DNA of 64,000 nt from Ophelia neglecta (lineage: Eukaryota), in contig OZ260663.1 of the NCBI GenBank assembly GCA_965285935.1, positions 112,778,001 through 112,842,000 on the forward strand, in the 5' to 3' direction. Both the position numbers and the translations under genes were made by a program. Below, piece after piece: positions 62,300 through 64,000 of this stretch. Within the stretch, counting starts at the first letter, position 1, and every line of letters starts with the position of its first letter. The notes under the pieces are model-generated. The model worked only from the letters and a program-made list of their open reading frames with translations, was not told the DNA's origin and made no database searches.

Positions 62300-64000
62300 G
62301 TAGGCTAAAAAGGCAGGGTACCTACTTAAAACCAGAACCCTAACCCCCAACACCCTGAGGGAGGTAGGCTACAAAGGCAGAGTACCTACTTAAAACAGAA
62401 CCCTTACCCCCAACACCCTGAGGGAGGTAGGCTACAAAGGTAGGGTACCTACTTAAAACCAGAACCCTAACCCCCAACACCCTGAGGGAGGTAGGCTACA
62501 AATGCAGGGTACCTACTTAAAACAGAACCCTAACCCCCAACACCCTGAGGGAGGTAGGCTACAAAGGCAGGGTACCTACTTAAAACCAGAACCCTAACCA
62601 CCAACACCCTGAGGGAGGTAGGCTACAAAGGCAGGGTACCTACTTAAAACCAGAACCATAACCCCCAACACCCTGAGGGAGGTAGGCTACAAAGGCAGGG
62701 TACCTACTTAAAACCAGAACGCTAACCCCCAACACCCTGAGGGAGGTAGGCTACAAAGGTAGGGTACCTACTTAAAACAGAACCCTAACCCCCAACACCC
62801 TGAGGGAGGTAGGCTACAAAGGTAGGGTACCTACTTAAAACAGAACCATAACCCCCAACACCCTGAGGGAGGTAGGCTACAAAGGTAGGGTACCTACTTA
62901 AAACCAAAACCCTAACCCCAAACACCCTGAGGGAGGTAGGCTACAAAGGTAGGGTACCTACTTAAAACAGAACCCTAAGCCCCAACACACTGAGGGAGGT
63001 AGGCTACAAAGGTAGGGTACCTACTTCAAACCAGAACCCTAACCCCCAACACCCTGAGGGAGGTAGGCTACAAAGGCAGGGTACCTACTTAAAACCAGAA
63101 CCATAACCCCCAACACCCTGAGGGAGGTAGGCTACAAAGGCAGGGTACCTACTTAAAACCAGAACCCTAACCCCCAACACCCTGAGGGAGGTAGGCTACA
63201 AAGGCAGGGTACCTACTTAAAACCAGAACCCTAACCCCCAACACCCTGAGGGAGGTAGGCTACAAAGGCAGGGTACCTACTTAAAACCAGAACCATAACC
63301 CCCAACACCCTGAGGGAGGTAGGCTACGAAGGCAGGGTACCTACTTAAAACAGAACCATAACCCCCAACACCCTGAGGGAGGTAGGCTACAAAGGCAGGG
63401 TACCTACTTAAAACAGAACCCTAACCCCCAACACCTTGAGGGAGGTAGGCTACAACGGTAGGGTACCTACTTAAAACAGAACCATAACCCCCAACACATT
63501 CTGAGGGAGGTAGGCTACAAAGGCAGGGTACCTACTTAAAACCAGATCCCTAACCTCCAACACCCTGAGGGAGGTAGGCTACAAAGGTAGGGTACCTACT
63601 TAAAACAGAACCATAACCCCCAACACCCTGAGGGAGGTAGGCTACAAAGGCAGGGTACCTACTTAAAACCAGAACCCTGACCCCCAACACCCTGAGGGAG
63701 GTAGGCTACAAAGGTAGGGTACCTACTTAAAACAGAACCCTAACCCCCAACACCCTGAGGGAGGTAGGCTACAAAGGCAGGGTACCTACTTAAACCAGAA
63801 CCCTAACCCCCAACACCCTGAGGGAGGTAGGCTACAAAGGTAGGGTACCTACTTAAAACAGAACCATAACCCCCAACACCCTGAGGGAGGTAGGCTACAA
63901 AGGCAGGGTACCTACTTAAAACAGAACCATAACCCCCAACACCCTGAGGGAGGTAGGCTACAAAGGTAGGGTACCTACTGAAAACCAGAACCTTAACCCC
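62294..64000. repeat. 63-64 bp satellite, about 27 copies, running off the window
   Basis: Unit gagggaggtaggctacaaaggYagggtacctacttaaaac(c)agaaccctaacccccaacaccct. Confidence 0.97.

Noticed and set aside
62294-64000. Telomere or CRISPR array
   Set aside because: Only about 1.5 TTAGGG units per 64-bp monomer and no unique spacers; it is an intronic satellite.

Overview
Eukaryotic, intron-rich, AT-rich genomic DNA, probably from a marine invertebrate (a lophotrochozoan-like animal is an inference). The minus strand carries a tandem family of cell-surface receptors with the layout signal peptide, Cys-rich/EGF-like module, F-type lectin, two Cys-rich modules, FN3, TM. Copy 1 (5076-18780, 25 exons, about 1139 aa) ends in tandem protein-tyrosine-phosphatase domains. 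Its D1 catalytic core is bracketed by a +1 and a -1 indel that compensate each other across a stop-free alternative frame. Copies 2 (35737-39084) and 3 (49525-56685, extra leader at 58249-58318) have the same ectodomain but a short tail with Tyr motifs instead of phosphatases; both are disrupted in this sequence. Mobile elements: a young BEL/Pao LTR retrotransposon (20981-27665); an intact-looking Ngaro/PAT-type tyrosine-recombinase retrotransposon with split direct repeats, an upstream SGNH hydrolase ORF and a hairpin array (41112-47875); an L2-type LINE and several older LINE remnants; a Harbinger-like non-autonomous element; and an OTU-protease relic. The window ends in an IQANK1-like gene on the + strand whose introns contain duplicated exon ends and a 63-64 bp satellite. 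No rRNA, tRNA or CRISPR was found. Exon coordinates were read by hand and may be off by a few bases.
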